Shown: positions 1 through 13,134 of the stretch, piece by piece
How the letters are laid out: every line of letters begins with the position of its first letter
Position numbering within the stretch: position 1 is the stretch's first letter
From: Octopus bimaculoides
Taxonomy: Eukaryota
Length of the DNA: 64,000 nucleotides
Direction of reading: 5' to 3'
Assembly: GCF_001194135.2 (NCBI RefSeq)
Contig: NC_068981.1
Location: 110,680,923-110,744,922 of the forward strand
Translations under genes and position numbers: made by a program
Notes under the pieces: generated by a model
Databases searched by the model: none
Seen by the model: the letters and a program-made list of their open reading frames with translations, nothing else
What the model was told of the DNA's origin: nothing

Positions 1-244
1 ACAAACAAACAACTAAAGGTGGGAAAAAGTTCTTTGATTATAACAGTTTTAAATATATCAATATATAATAATGTTAATTCCTCTTCAATTCAAATAAAAA
101 ATTTGTGAGAAACGTGTATGCATGTTCCATTGGAAACTTGTTATCACTGGGGTTATGTGAAAATATTTAATATATAAATACGATAGATGAGATTAATAAC
201 GAAGTCTAAATTAATGGGAATTAATATTGATGTTTAAATAATAA

Positions 245-1900
245 GTGAGGATATTACTGTCTTCTTCAAGTCTTCGGGAAACACCCATGCATAGTTTTTT
301 TTGTTTTCTTTTGCTTTGATGAGCGTTTTACATCGAGGTCTTCTTTGAAGTATGTTAGTGAGGCTGTTTGCGGGTTGTATGGGAGGTCATCAGGAAGAGG
401 ATGCTTTTCGAAGAATTCATTGCCGACATTCTTCACTTTCCAGCACTAAGTTTATGTATTTGTTTTTGCTGCTGTTGTTTCGTAGGTGCTGTCTCAGAAA
501 GACTATACAATGTTCAAAGGTTGTCTGCATTGAGCGCAAGACTCTACCTCCTTCATCTTTTCTTTAGTAGATCCTGTCGATATCACTATTTTTGTGAAAG
601 TTTCTATTTGATGTCAGGATCTTGCGGGTTTTAACCCTATGTAGTCGATTTTTCTCTTCAGATCAATTAAGTATCCCAAATGTTGGAGTCAGCACTAGTA
701 CTGTAAATCCATTGTAAGATATTGTCCTGTTATACGAGGAGATTTCCGACTGCCATAGTTTTCTGAGTCTGGTATAATATTTTCAGATCACGCTATCTTT
801 ATTCAGAACCTTCGTATGTTTTCATCAATGCCGAGGTAGTTACAACATTCTTTGTGTGGAACAGGAGAGATGGTGAGACCATTGATGCACAGGCTTTGGG
901 TCTAGGGGACGGATGTTCCCCGTTCAACGATTAAATATTAACATTTCTTTTGTTCAAATTCCATTCCTATGTCAGCAGAAAGTGATATCAACTCCAGCTG
1001 TTTTTTGGCATTGTTAGCATTTTAGCATAAATTTTCAGGCCATCTACGAAGAAATTATAGGTTACATTAATGTCTCTAGCATTTTCAGACCCTAACATAT
1101 AGCCATTTGATTTTTATATCAGGAATGATAATGGATTTAATGTCCAAATGAACAGAATTACAGAAAGACTATCTCCGGATATTCCCATAGAAATAATCAC
1201 AACATTGGAGGCGATATTTCTGCTCTCAGTTGTGTGAGAATTGTTGCCCAGGTTTTTATGAGCCTTTGGGTGGCAACAGCAAAGATATAAGGCATTCTTA
1301 TCAAATGTAGACATTTTAGCAGCCAAGCGTGGGGAATAGAGTCGAATGCTTTCCTATAATCAAATCATACTGTTGCAAGGGCTTCTATGCTATTTTCTTA
1401 CTTTAGACAGTACAGCCTTGTCTATCAAAAGTTGTTTGGTACATCCCCACACTCCTTTCTTTTCATCGGCTTTTTCCTCAGTCACTATGGTGTTAGATTC
1501 ACAATGATCATGGAAGAATTGCCTGAAGCAGCTTATGCATAGTTTGTACATAATGTTTAGGCAAGCAACGAGCCTATAGTTTCCAGTCAATTCTGTAGTT
1601 TCATTCTAAGCTACAAGATTTGTCTGTGAAATAGCAAGCCAATTTGGTATGTCAATCTGACCCCTCATAGTCCTCTTGAATATGCATTTAATAATTTTCT
1701 ATAAAATATCAGCAATTTGCACCAATAAAGTCTTTTTCGGGTGTCTTCCCATTATGCATTTTGTTTAGAAGCTTTGATGAAAGTTTCTGGGTCAATTGCA
1801 TGTTTTCCTGTCGTTGGCACAGTATTCTGTCCTATCTGTATTTAGCCACAAATTATTCATAATAAAACCCCTCTTTAGATTTTGATTCTAGATCAGAATG
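245..1900 (-). mobile_element. Decayed R4/Dong-clade non-LTR retrotransposon, reverse transcriptase region
   Basis: Minus-strand translation gives NYRLVACLNIMYKL..EEKADEKKGVWGCTKQLLIDKAVL (ORF 1390-1590), MGISGDSLSVILFIWTLNPLSFL (1114-1326), FFVDGLKIYAK (degenerate YxDD region), SADIGMEFEQKKC..NYLGIDE and FHKNSDIDRIY*RKDEGGR. These are ordered RT and thumb motifs of R4-type elements, broken by stops and frameshifts. Confidence 0.8.
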
Positions 1901-1925
1901 ATTCAAAAACTTGAACGAGGGCTTG

Positions 1926-2028
1926 ATTAATTATAATGTATGTATGTATGTACGTATGTATGTATGTATGTATGTATGTATGTATGTATGTATGTATGTA
2001 TGTATGTATGTATGTATGTATGTATGTA
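1926..2028. repeat. (TATG)n microsatellite
   Basis: Direct reading of the sequence. Confidence 0.97.
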
Positions 2029-2837
2029 TAGTAAAGCAGAATGGAGGACGATCTTATGCGAGAGGCTGTAGGTGCTCAATCGTCATGCTAGAAAGAGCAG
2101 CTAAATAGCTTACTAATTACATTTCGGATGCTTCGAAAAGAGCTAAAGACACAGAATAACGAATCCAATATATACATAATGCTTGAATTGTGGATATGAC
2201 GATCATGGCTGGAACGATTTTGGTCAGCCAATCAACAACAGTATAGAGGCCTGGACTGCAGGGCACCTTTAAGATAGTTAATATTTTTGATTAGCTTACC
2301 AACTCAATATTTTAAATAAATTACAATGTTTCGTGTTAAATTTTTGTATCCAGTTAAAGAATGATAACAACTGACGTTCATTTTGGTAGAACTAGGACTC
2401 AGAATTACGTAGTCCTTCTAGTGCAGTTCTCTACCACTTCGACATTGCTAGCATTAGGTATTGTTCTTCATCACTTGCAGCACAAAATATGAATGGGAGA
2501 AATGTTGCAGCTCTGATTTGTTTGATAATATCGCTAACCAAAATAAAACTGTAATCAAATTAATCCTGGAATAACAGCTGTGCTGGAAATACATTTGAAT
2601 CCATGCATCTGTTGAACTCTGCTAAAGTTCTTCCCAGTTTCTTCATCTTATTTTAATATATTCATATGCCGCATGGCATATGAAATGCATTTAGAATTAG
2701 CTTCAGTTTATTTTTTATTCCTATTTCTACTAAGTAGGATTTATTTGAATTGAACAAAAAGACTGCTGAGAGAAATTAAGACTAACGACTTATGTAAGGA
2801 TAAACAAATAAGCATTTAAAATAATGATGAAGTCAGA

Positions 2838-2867
2838 CTCTCTGTCTGTCTGTCTGTCTGTCTGTCA

Positions 2868-2910
<43 letters not shown>

Positions 2911-2911
2911 C

Positions 2912-2962
<51 letters not shown>
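2838..2962. repeat. (TCTG)n/(TC)n microsatellite
   Basis: Direct reading of the sequence. Confidence 0.97.
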
Positions 2963-2964
<2 letters not shown>

Positions 2965-3061
2965 AGCGTGTGTGTAAGGAAGGCCGATATCATGTTTTTA
3001 GCAAAGATAGCTTCTTAATCATTGGAGAAAATTCGGTACATGTCTATGTTTATATTTTTTT

Positions 3062-3112
3062 ATTCTTTTACTTGTTTCAGTCATTTGATTGCAGTCATGC
3101 TGGAGCACCGCC
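3062..3112 (-). mobile_element. 3' tail fragment of tRNA-derived SINE family 1
   Basis: cttgtttcagtcatttgattgcagtcatgctggagcaccgcc is the reverse complement of the tail of the copy at 24557-24943. It is followed by (GATA)n. Confidence 0.7.
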
Positions 3113-3174
<62 letters not shown>

Positions 3175-3184
3175 CAGATAGATA
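3113..3184. repeat. (GATA)n microsatellite
   Basis: Direct reading of the sequence. Confidence 0.97.
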
Positions 3185-3229
3185 ATATGTTGATAGATAA
3201 TTGCTAGTCTCTTCGAACCGCTTGTCTGT

Positions 3230-4050
3230 CCAGTTAATTTTGACCTCTTGTGTGTTCGTGAGTAGCTAAAGAAGGTGCTCAGCTGCTGACAAGATTTCGC
3301 CAAGGATTGAGATGTACATGTAAAGCTTTTCCCCATTCGTATTCACCCCATGTCTCACTTGCATATTTATGCGCATGGAAAATGCTATTGTTGAAGAGAT
3401 TGACACGCGGCGCTTCTTCTAGTGCTTTGATTACATCTTTAATCGAAGCAAACGATTTCAATCCTGTTCTTACTTTGCACGAGATTTTGGCATTACTGTA
3501 TGTTCCTAGTAGATGTACCCCTTCTGCGATAGTAACTAAGTATTCTCTTTCCTTTTTATCTCTTAATCCAAATTTTCCACCGTTTCTCGCTGTCACCCTT
3601 TTGCGACTTTTGCAAAGAAACCTCCCTTAACGATGGTGTAATTAGTGTTATGAGATAGCCCTTCCATCAGGTCACGATGCAAAATCTCCCACTTTATCAT
3701 CTGTGCTTTCAAATGTGGAAGCACGATCTTCAGCATGGAATTTTCTGAGAGACAAACCTTTGGCATTCCGATGAATGATGAAGATAAATTGCAGGATACA
3801 ATTTGCGATGCCCATCCTTTATTTACGATGATAAATATATCACTTTTTCCTCTCACAAATAACCACATTTCATCTCGGTTTTGTTTACATTCCAGATTCC
3901 TCCCAAAGAGACTATATCATCCATGGGAGGGGCTTTGACAACCTTGATAGCATAACCTTTCATACAACTTTCGTCCTGATAGTTTTTATTCAGCCTGCCG
4001 ATTATTTGAGACGCCAGCGATTCACTGTTTTTCTTTATCAGTAGAAGTGA
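3230..4050 (-). mobile_element. Highly decayed RTE-like LINE, RT C-terminal remnant
   Basis: ORF 3279-3596 (EYLV..HLLG..KVRTGLKSFASIKDVIKAL..RVNLFNNSIFHAHKYASETW) resembles the post-RT YLG..F..I..V..R..LF....P...Y.SETW region of RTE elements. Confidence 0.5.
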
Positions 4051-4979
4051 AATTTATCTAAGCATGTGGTTGTATGTGGATACTTGCTACTGGTGACGTT
4101 TAAGGAAGAATAAATCTAGATTCAGCAATTCCACCACCGCTACTGGACTTTTTCATCTGTTACTGATATGCTTTTGTACTTTTTAGCCATATATGTACAC
4201 ATGAGATGTTGTCTCGTGACGAATACCGAAGTTTTGTAGCTTTCTATAGTATATACACGTTAAAATATACAGAATGTTATTTTGAACCAATAGTGTTCCC
4301 TTACCTAATCAAGAATATACATACATGCATGCATGCTTCCATCCATGCACCCATCCATCCATCCATCCATACATACATACATACAAACAAAGATGCATCT
4401 GTATGTGTATGTGTGTGTGTGTGTGTGTGTGTGTTTGTGTGTAAGTATGTATATAGTATATANNNNNNNNNNNNNNNNNNNNNNNNNNNNNNNNNNNNNN
4501 NNNNNNNNNNNNNNNNNNNNNNNNNNNNNNNNNNNNNNNNNNNNNNNNNNNNNNNNNNNNNNNNNNNNNNNNNNNNNNNNNNNNNNNNNNNNNNNNNTAT
4601 ATACATATATGGATAATAACAACAAATGGAGCAAAACGCATGTCGATGAAAGTTCCTTTAATTCCTACATATATGTTTCGAAGCAAGTGAGGGTCATTTC
4701 ACAAAAAAAAAAAAAAAGAAAGGGCTGCTGGAATCATCACTTGTTTCTCATCAGGGAGATCATAATAAAACATGTAGTAGCAAGATAAAAACGAAATGAT
4801 GGGGTAACTTAAGAGCTGAGATGTTACATGGTTAGTGACCGTTAGAAGGTTTGTTTACATAGAGTTGTGACGGGGTCAACGATATTAGTCCACGGGCTTT
4901 AGGAATAATAACGCTAGTTTACATAGAATTATAAAGGGAGGGTGTTATTGATGTGATGCTAAAGGTTGAGGTCCAGGAG

Positions 4980-5336
4980 TTATTTGGGTGAGGGGAGATA
5001 ATTAAAGTGAATGTTCACATATGTGTCTGCTAGCGTGCAGACACCTATGTACAAACACGTGCGTGTACGCACATACACACATACATATGCGCACACCCAT
5101 GTATACATACTCACACACCCACATACACCCATACACATACACATACACACCCATACAGAAACCTCCACATGTACATATGTACAAACACGCTCACCTATAC
5201 ATACGTGCCTGTATATATACCTACTTTCCTGTATATGTACAAACATGCAAATATCCACATCCGCACACACATACATACGTATACACGCACACACACATGC
5301 ATGTATATATGCATGTACACCTACATATGCGCACAC

Positions 5337-5380
<44 letters not shown>

Positions 5381-5752
5381 GTATAAACATACACCTACGC
5401 ACCTACATTCTTACACACCCACACACATGCGCGTGCCTCGTGCTCATATGTGTGCGCCCATATATATCCATACATACATTTGCTTATGTGTACCTACCCG
5501 TTCTCGCACATACACACAAACACAAACCCACACACCCCCATATCGAAACCTTCGCAAATACACGTGCTCACACACGCGCACCTTTACTTACTTGCGTGTC
5601 TATATACATACATTCCTGTATATATACAGACGTGCAAATACCCCCACACGCACATACCTACATATGCACGCATGCATGTCCACACACGTACACCCATTTG
5701 TATATATTTGTATACACTTGTATGTATGCACAAGTATACACCCATAAACATA

Positions 5753-5792
<40 letters not shown>

Positions 5793-5900
5793 TACCCATT
5801 CACACACCCACACACGCCCACCCTCACATGCACTCGCAAACACACATATGCATATATGTACCCCAAAACACACACATGTGTTTTGTTTAAGGCTATAAAA
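4980..5900. repeat. Cryptic AC/AT dinucleotide-derived low-complexity tract
   Basis: Degenerate (CA)n/(TA)n mosaic. The overlapping H/T/Y-rich ORFs in all frames are compositional artefacts. Confidence 0.9.
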
Positions 5901-7029
5901 AATAATAGGATTAATAACATACTGATTTAAAGCGAAGAGCATAAACATGATAAAAGAAATATCATTACCCTGTTATATATTAATGTCCTTATGTTAGCGT
6001 TAATCAGTGTAAAACCGAAGTATAGGGTGTTAGCTGAGAAATAATAATAATAATAATAACAAAACATGCTCATAAGGAGAAGGTCAGATCTATGGCAAAG
6101 CAGTTGGTGATGCAAGGTAGCCTTAGCTGTAATTACTGGGAAGGAAAAATTAATCAACTATAGAAGGGGAAAAGGCAAGTTGTGGTGGATGAAGAAGTGG
6201 AAATTATTCATAGGATATTGATAAAAAAAAGATTATAATAACTATAATAAAAATACTGCTTGGAACCTAACCTGGTGGGAATGATGGAGCTAGCTGTAAT
6301 GAAGGAACGTATGTTTCTTGAAGTGCTGACAGCGGTACGCCCTCTGAGTGATTTGGTTAACTAGGCGATTCTTGGAGAACAGGATATAAAAAAAGTTCTA
6401 AGTTACAAAGAGGGCAGAATTCCCTCCCCTTATCATAGGGCACTGAGGTAGCCAGTATGGACCATTCCAAAGAGAATTGCTTATTGCAATCCTTCAGTTC
6501 CCAAATGAATTTACTTAGGCCAGTAGTCCTAGCTTTATTTCTATCTCTAAACGACGAATAATGATTCTTATTTTGCTACCACTGGTAACCATTAACGTAT
6601 TCAAATTATCGAAAGTTTTAATAACTGAGATNNNNNNNNNNNNNNNNNNNNNNNNNNNNNNNNNNNNNNNNNNNNNNNNNNNNNNNNNNNNNNNNNNNNN
6701 NNNNNNNNNNNNNNNNNNNNNNNNNNNNNNNCACCCCCTGAAAATTCTAGGTGGTGCGGGTGCACCCGCTGCACCCCCTGTCCCCGGGCCCTTGGTCCAG
6801 CTCAACATGCCTCATGCTTTTGTCATTTGTGTTGGTTTTAAAAAGTGAATGAACAAAAGTTCAGCCTCACCTGTTAAAGGGATGATTCTTCCAAAGAAAT
6901 AACTGTAGAACCTTTGAAGTAGCGACTATTTTACTTGTTTTGGAGGGGATGGGTGTACTTCCATGGATGAGATGTAAAGAAGATATACAATTTTTTTCTT
7001 ATTCATTGTTTCGTTTTCTCGTATTCTAA

Positions 7030-7150
7030 TTTCTTCTTCTTCTTCTTCTTCTTCTTCTTCTTCTTCTTCTTCTTCTTCTTCTTCTTCTTCTTCTTCTTCT
7101 TCTTCTTCTTCTTCTTCTTCTTCTATTATTATTATTATTATTATTATTAT
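7030..7150. repeat. (TCT)n followed by (ATT)n microsatellite
   Basis: Direct reading of the sequence. Confidence 0.97.
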
Positions 7151-7289
7151 TTTATGTTTGACTTTTGTTTTGCATTTGTACAAGTTGGATCCAAGTCTCA
7201 CCCAGAGACCTCAAGAGACAACAAGTCAGAAGTTCATGTAGGTGTTATGCCAAGGGTACCATATATTTGGATTTGTACATAGTGTTGTT

Positions 7290-7290
7290 C

Positions 7291-7338
<48 letters not shown>

Positions 7339-7510
7339 CATCCTCCTCCTCCTCCTCCTCTTATTACTTTTCTAACAACAATTAGAACGATAGAAGCAAT
7401 AAGAGCAAACAACAAGGGCAACAGAAACAATAACAGCAACACCATCATCATCATCATCATCAGCAGAAGCAGCAGAAGCAACGGCAACAGTAGTAGCAAC
7501 AGTAATAACA
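7290..7510. repeat. Compound (TAT)n/(CCT)n/(CAA/CAT/CAG)n trinucleotide tract
   Basis: Direct reading of the sequence. Confidence 0.9.
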
Positions 7511-7857
7511 AAAACTCATTCGTTACCACAAACTCAAAAACAGAGCCGTCGTTTACCAGTGTAATGCAAACTTGGATTGATTTAATACTTAACAACACGG
7601 AACTCAACCTGAGACATTGGCACTGCTTAGCCAGACTTAATTGTGCTCCTCACCCCACTGAGAAATAGAGAAACGAAGAACCTTTACTCATAGATGTATG
7701 AATAGATAACAGTTCGAGCAGAAAAATGCATAAATCAATGTTTTGAGAATGAATAGATACATTATATTTAAAGATTATTTCTGTTTTGCGTGCACCTCAT
7801 AAATCATTACATAGCACACACACACACACATATATATATACTCTGACATTCTTTCAT

Positions 7858-7912
<55 letters not shown>

Positions 7913-8049
7913 GGAGAGAAAAATACATGATTTAACAGCATTAAAAATTATGATGCAATCCTCCTAATCCAAGAGAATCTCTAGGGCCAATCGAGGAGCT
8001 CCTCCATCCAATATCTCCCTGAAAAAGAAGGGTGAGTGCCCTGTTCAGT

Positions 8050-8560
8050 TTTCGTTCTCAACTTACGGGCTTATATTTAGAAGCTATTTAATCATTATCA
8101 CTCAACTTTCTATAAATTCTCTACCTTCAACTTCCTTTACAAGTGAAACTTGAAAAAGTGAGGAGGGCTCTACCGAAGAAGAAAATCTATGTCCAGATAC
8201 CTTTCGACCTCGTTCACTTCGCAACCGTTTCTCTCAATAGCCACCAAACAAAGGAAAATTTTCTTCCCTACCCTATTCTTTAATCGGACACCAAAGAGCA
8301 CGTCACCCTGTGTTTAAGCGCATGGGCCTGAGCTCTGGGAACGCACCCTTCGTGTCTTGTATTCAAGGAGTGGTCAAGGCCATCTTCGCAAGCATGTCAG
8401 TCACGATGGCTTTACTAATCGTCTCCTGTTGATTGCTAATTAATTGCCACCCTAATCTATTTGAATCTCTTTCACTATTTCTTAGCCAAACGCTATCGAT
8501 TCTGATCCAATCTTCAGGGTATCCCATTACCGGTTGTTGTCTGCTTCGTCAACTGCCACT
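8050..8560 (-). mobile_element. Tx1/L1-like LINE ORF2 C-terminal remnant
   Basis: Frameshifted minus-strand translation KIFLCLVAI..ETVAK*TRSKGIWT..FFFGRALL.FFKFHL*RKLKVE resembles the C-terminal W..R.KG...F.SG..L..FFK.HL.RK..VE segment of Tx1-type elements. Recognised from memory. Confidence 0.45.
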
Positions 8561-10079
8561 TATTTCACTAATCCAGTTTCTGCAGACTTGTCACGTTCAA
8601 CTTCCAATAATCGGGTTACGAATTCTATCTCAATCAACTGAACAGCTCACAAATTTGTGATCTGTAAAGCTGACCAGTTTGAAATGTGAACATCCTACAT
8701 TATTGCTAACTGCTGACAAAACAATTGCTCTAAGTATGATCTGGATGGCCTGCAGAGATTATTCTGTCTATACTGGCACATGAGGGAAAATCTTGTCGGT
8801 ACCCTGTTGGACAAGACCTTCTTACTAATTTTTTCCTGTTTAGTCGGAGCTTTGTTGTGGATTTTTGGTTTTACGATTCTACTCCTTCTACTCCTCCTTC
8901 TTCACCTCTCCTCCTACCTTTTTCTCCTTTGTCTCTTTCAATACAGAGTGATACAACAATTTCACTCTGTATTGACCACTCGTATCATCGCTTGCGACGA
9001 TAAGAATATTAAAAATAACATTACCATCTTACTTCATGGCATCACTGCTGCCGCAACTTACATTGATACACCCATCATCACAATTAAGGATATTAAGCAG
9101 CATGTTTAAAAGTATGCTTGTACTAATGCCATCATCATCCTCAGCATTATTGTTAATGGGTCTATCACTAGACTCATTACCACCTTTCTTCCTATTATAA
9201 TCAATAGTCTCAACATTAGTTCTATCGACATCATCATCATCACACCATAATCAACATAATTACCACAACCATAACTACCATGTTTTCCATTGAAATGATT
9301 CAATTTCGCTTTGATTTCAGTCGCCTTTAACAAAACTACACCCACCGCTCCTCTCAGCATCATGTCTCACGGCAGCCAATGGCACCGTAGCATCTTAACT
9401 CTTTCAAGCTGGATGGTGCAAATAAAGTACCACTTATTTGTGTCAGTTTAATGAGTGGTGGTACATAAGTCATACTGAAACTTAAAATTCTTTTTGTTGC
9501 ATGGTCGGTAGCTCAGAAAATGTACCACTTCATCTATCAGTCAATCAGAAGCCACCCTTTCCATTTGGCAAGAATTTCTGCGACACAAACGGAATATTTT
9601 TTTCAGTTGAATCCATTTTGTGCCAAAGGTCAGTCGACGAAAAAGCAAGAGTACAAATTTTTGCCCTTCTAGAGTTTTTTGTTTTCGGCCTATCTATCTC
9701 GCCCCTGAAAGACTTAAAAGAGGAAGGATGCCTATGGTCCTGGTGGCGCTATGTTTGAATAAAATCAGGAATGATCACGGCTAAAATGACGTTTTACCAT
9801 ATACCAGAGACGCTAGCATCACCAGACCCTCAAATTAAATCTTTTGTTAGAACGAAATGAAGTCGACAGATTTAATAAGTATATCAATGATATTTTATCA
9901 ATAGATATCCAACTCAACATTGTGAAGCAGTTTTCCAGCATTATTCTATATCGGTGAGACGGGTTTTTTACTCTTTGGTTTGTATTGAAATGAAGCAATC
10001 AAAATATCTCTTTCAACTTTTATCTTGATTTCTGATTTGCAAAAAAATGGAAGAAAGAAAAGACTTATGTTGGCTGTTG

Positions 10080-10262
10080 GTTCTCAACTCCAGATCAGCC
10101 CTGAGGCAGCCAACTTATGTTGAAAAGTGCCTTACAGGGGCCACTCTTTTTATTTCAGGCATTGTGCATCGAGTAAGATCTTTTTTAAGATGATAGAATG
10201 TGATTTCAAGAAAAATTTGGCAACTATTTCTTGCAGGCAGAGCGACCAATTAAAGGATTTTT
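10080..10262 (+). repeat. Dispersed repeat, probable LINE 3' UTR
   Basis: ttaagatgatagaatgtgatttcaagaaaaatttggcaactatttcttgcagg has diverged matches at about 34627-34680 (+) and 59345-59395 (-). Confidence 0.45.
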
Positions 10263-11289
10263 GTTGATTCATTCCGACACATGGTTATATTTTTAGGAAA
10301 CTCAAACAACTGGAAAATTTAAGAAGTATATTTTAAGTAACAATGTGAAGTAAGAAGTGCATTTTAAGAAACAATTTATAGAATAGTACCGGTAATATAC
10401 TTCTTATATCCATAAACCTATAAATTATCGGTCCGTCATATTTAATATAAGACGCATTTCTGTAAAGGATATGTAAAGATGACTGCATATCATTTCAAGT
10501 CATATCTGGTACTTATGCTATTAGTCCAGAAGGAATGAAATCTATCCGATGTCCTTCGAAATCAGAACATTCAGAAATGAAGCTTGGTACCATATGAGAT
10601 TTTCTCCAGGCATCTATGATATTTCTATCACTATCCCTTTGAAAGCAAAACTGTTACAACGAAGTTTCAAAATTGGATTTCTCCAAAACAACTTTTTTGT
10701 CAACCTAAGTCTGAGATAAACCATTTAAGGAGCGATGTATATACTACTGACAAGCACTCACTCTATGAGTTCAAAGAAAGTCTTCACTTATCCATTCTAC
10801 ACCTCTGCTACATCATTAAGTACAGACTCTAAGGTTCGAAGCAATAAATCAGGAAATGATCGGAATATTTTAGCACATTTTCACATGTACACACTACACA
10901 AGGAAACAATATTTTGACAAAGTGGATTTGACGTTTTCATTCATAGTCAAGGTGTGGGAATAAAACGCTTTTATCTAGTAGATGAGAAATAAATAAATTA
11001 CCAAATGTGTGGACAATAATTTCTTGAAGAGAATAAAATCGATAAATTCTATTTGGAAGGTTTCGTACAGAAAAAGAAAAAAAATAACAGCTCGATTAAC
11101 AAATGGATGACTCAAATCAAAACAGGGTAGAAGAAAGTGGGGTGGGAGAGATTAAAAAGAAATACTGAGGTAACGATAAATTTGTTCCAGATGCAATCTG
11201 ATGTCAGATAATTTGTTAAAGAACCATCTTTTACTTTACGGTTGGAGTAAGAGGAATTACGTTAAATAAATGAAATGCAAAATTAAGAA

Positions 11290-11321
<32 letters not shown>

Positions 11322-11432
11322 NNNNNNNNNNNNNNNNNNNNNNNNNNNNNNNNNNNNNNNNNNNNNNNNNNNNNNNNNNNNNNNNNNNNNNNNNNNNNNN
11401 NNNNNNNNNNNNNNNNNNNNNNNNNNNNNNNN

Positions 11433-11488
<56 letters not shown>

Positions 11489-12559
11489 TTTCATGTCTAT
11501 ATCTTATGTGTAGGTAACTTCAAATCTCCCACTAGGCTCAAATTCGGACAAATATATTTACAGATAACCATATATTCACATAGATCCGAAGAGATTTATT
11601 TTAGATGTAATATCATAGAAAATAAGATATTTGCGCACACACACAACTGTATCAGAGTAGTAGTTTGCCTGTGTGTTTGTGTGTACCGAAACATTGTAAA
11701 AGGGCATTAGATATCTTTTAATACCTACTTATTCCCATTTTTATACACTTTTTTAAAATCATGCCCTATTTCCGCATTTATCCATAGGCCTAAAATGCCA
11801 GAATTGAAGAAATATTTATAAACACAGCCCACAAACTCTGCTTCTATAAAACAGAAAGATTAAAATTTCTACATTATTAATCAAATTACTTATAGAACAA
11901 TGAACTATACCAGAGAGAACTATACCAAGCAACAACATTTACACCTACACACATCTTGTGAACATCAAAACACTAGATAAGTAAGTTTCTATACTAACAA
12001 CACCTCGACATGCCCGACTGATAACCCCCGCCTTCCAGATACAATCAGGAAATACCCTAAATAATAACAATAAGTAAAGAAGCCCACCAGGGCTTCTTTA
12101 CTTATTATACCACCTGCTTACGTTCTTTTGTGAACCCTTAAAAATTTCTATTTCAAAAAAGTTCACACACCTAATAACTAAGTTTTAAATGCTACACTAA
12201 ACTTCGAACTCTGCTACACTAGACTTCGAAGGATTAAATCCAATAAAACCAAAAAATAACTAACACACCACTGACTAAAAAGACTTCCGATACCTACCAA
12301 CATCCTTTTTGTGAACCACTAAAAAACAATCTCATGACCTGAAGCGGACACTCCATTAAATTACGGGACATAATCACAGGCACCATTATGTATGTATGTA
12401 TGTATGTATGTATGTATGTATGTTTCTTCGAAATTTATTTTAAGTTTTTTTCCTTCGTAATATTCATATTTTTCACTAGCAAAGTGGCGAGGTCTTTTTC
12501 TTTAAGTTGAAACAACTCCCGGGATTTGTTATCTGTTTTGGTTGATCTATGCATATATA

Positions 12560-13130
12560 TGTACGTATGGTGTGCAGGCATTTCTAGGTTTCTATGCAAA
12601 TTAGTTATGTAACACTGCACGAATGGAAAAAATGTAGGATGTAAGAAATGTATGGTTCTCACCAGTTCTTCAGAGATGTTTTCCTTTTCCTGAATCTTTG
12701 AAGAGACATCCGCATACACTGAGCAGCTGATCTCTACAACGATTCCAATATTTTCTATTTTATTTTTAAAGGTATAGATGCTCTATGGTTTTGGAGTGTT
12801 TTATGGTCATCAGGGCAAGAATTCTTGTGCATAACACTGTAAACATTCTTGGTGACAATATCATGTCGCATGAGTAGACGCTTCCTCGCGTAATGGCAGT
12901 ACATATGTCTCCGAATTGTTTATGATCTCAGAAGAATTCACCGATCCAGTTCACACATCTGGTGTGTGATTCTGATAGTCTGTAAGGAGAGTAGTAAATA
13001 TTTTCTCAGCGAAAGTTGTCTGTTGCCGCAGTTATTTGGCAGAAGTTCGAGTAGGTGGAGTCTTTTAGATCTCATTTATTCTTCTACATCCTTTTCATGC
13101 AAGTTATCCCTCGCCTTGTCAGAAAACTGT
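12560..13130 (-). mobile_element. R4/Dong-clade non-LTR 3' remnant (RHD motif + restriction-like endonuclease region)
   Basis: Minus strand gives MRHDIVTKNVYSVMHK and IVVEISCS..ADVSSKIQEKENISEELVRTIHFLHP (REL-type IVEIS.P.D....K..EK...Y). The remnant abuts the mariner TIR at about 13133. Confidence 0.65.
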
Positions 13131-13134
13131 TATA

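Noticed and set aside
5011-5898. 295-aa ORF and overlapping His/Thr/Tyr-rich ORFs
   Set aside because: These are translations of AC/AT dinucleotide low-complexity DNA, open in several frames and on both strands.
245-13130. One R4-like element split by 10 kb of insertions
   Set aside because: On the minus strand the REL fragment lies upstream of the RT fragment, the reverse of the real domain order.
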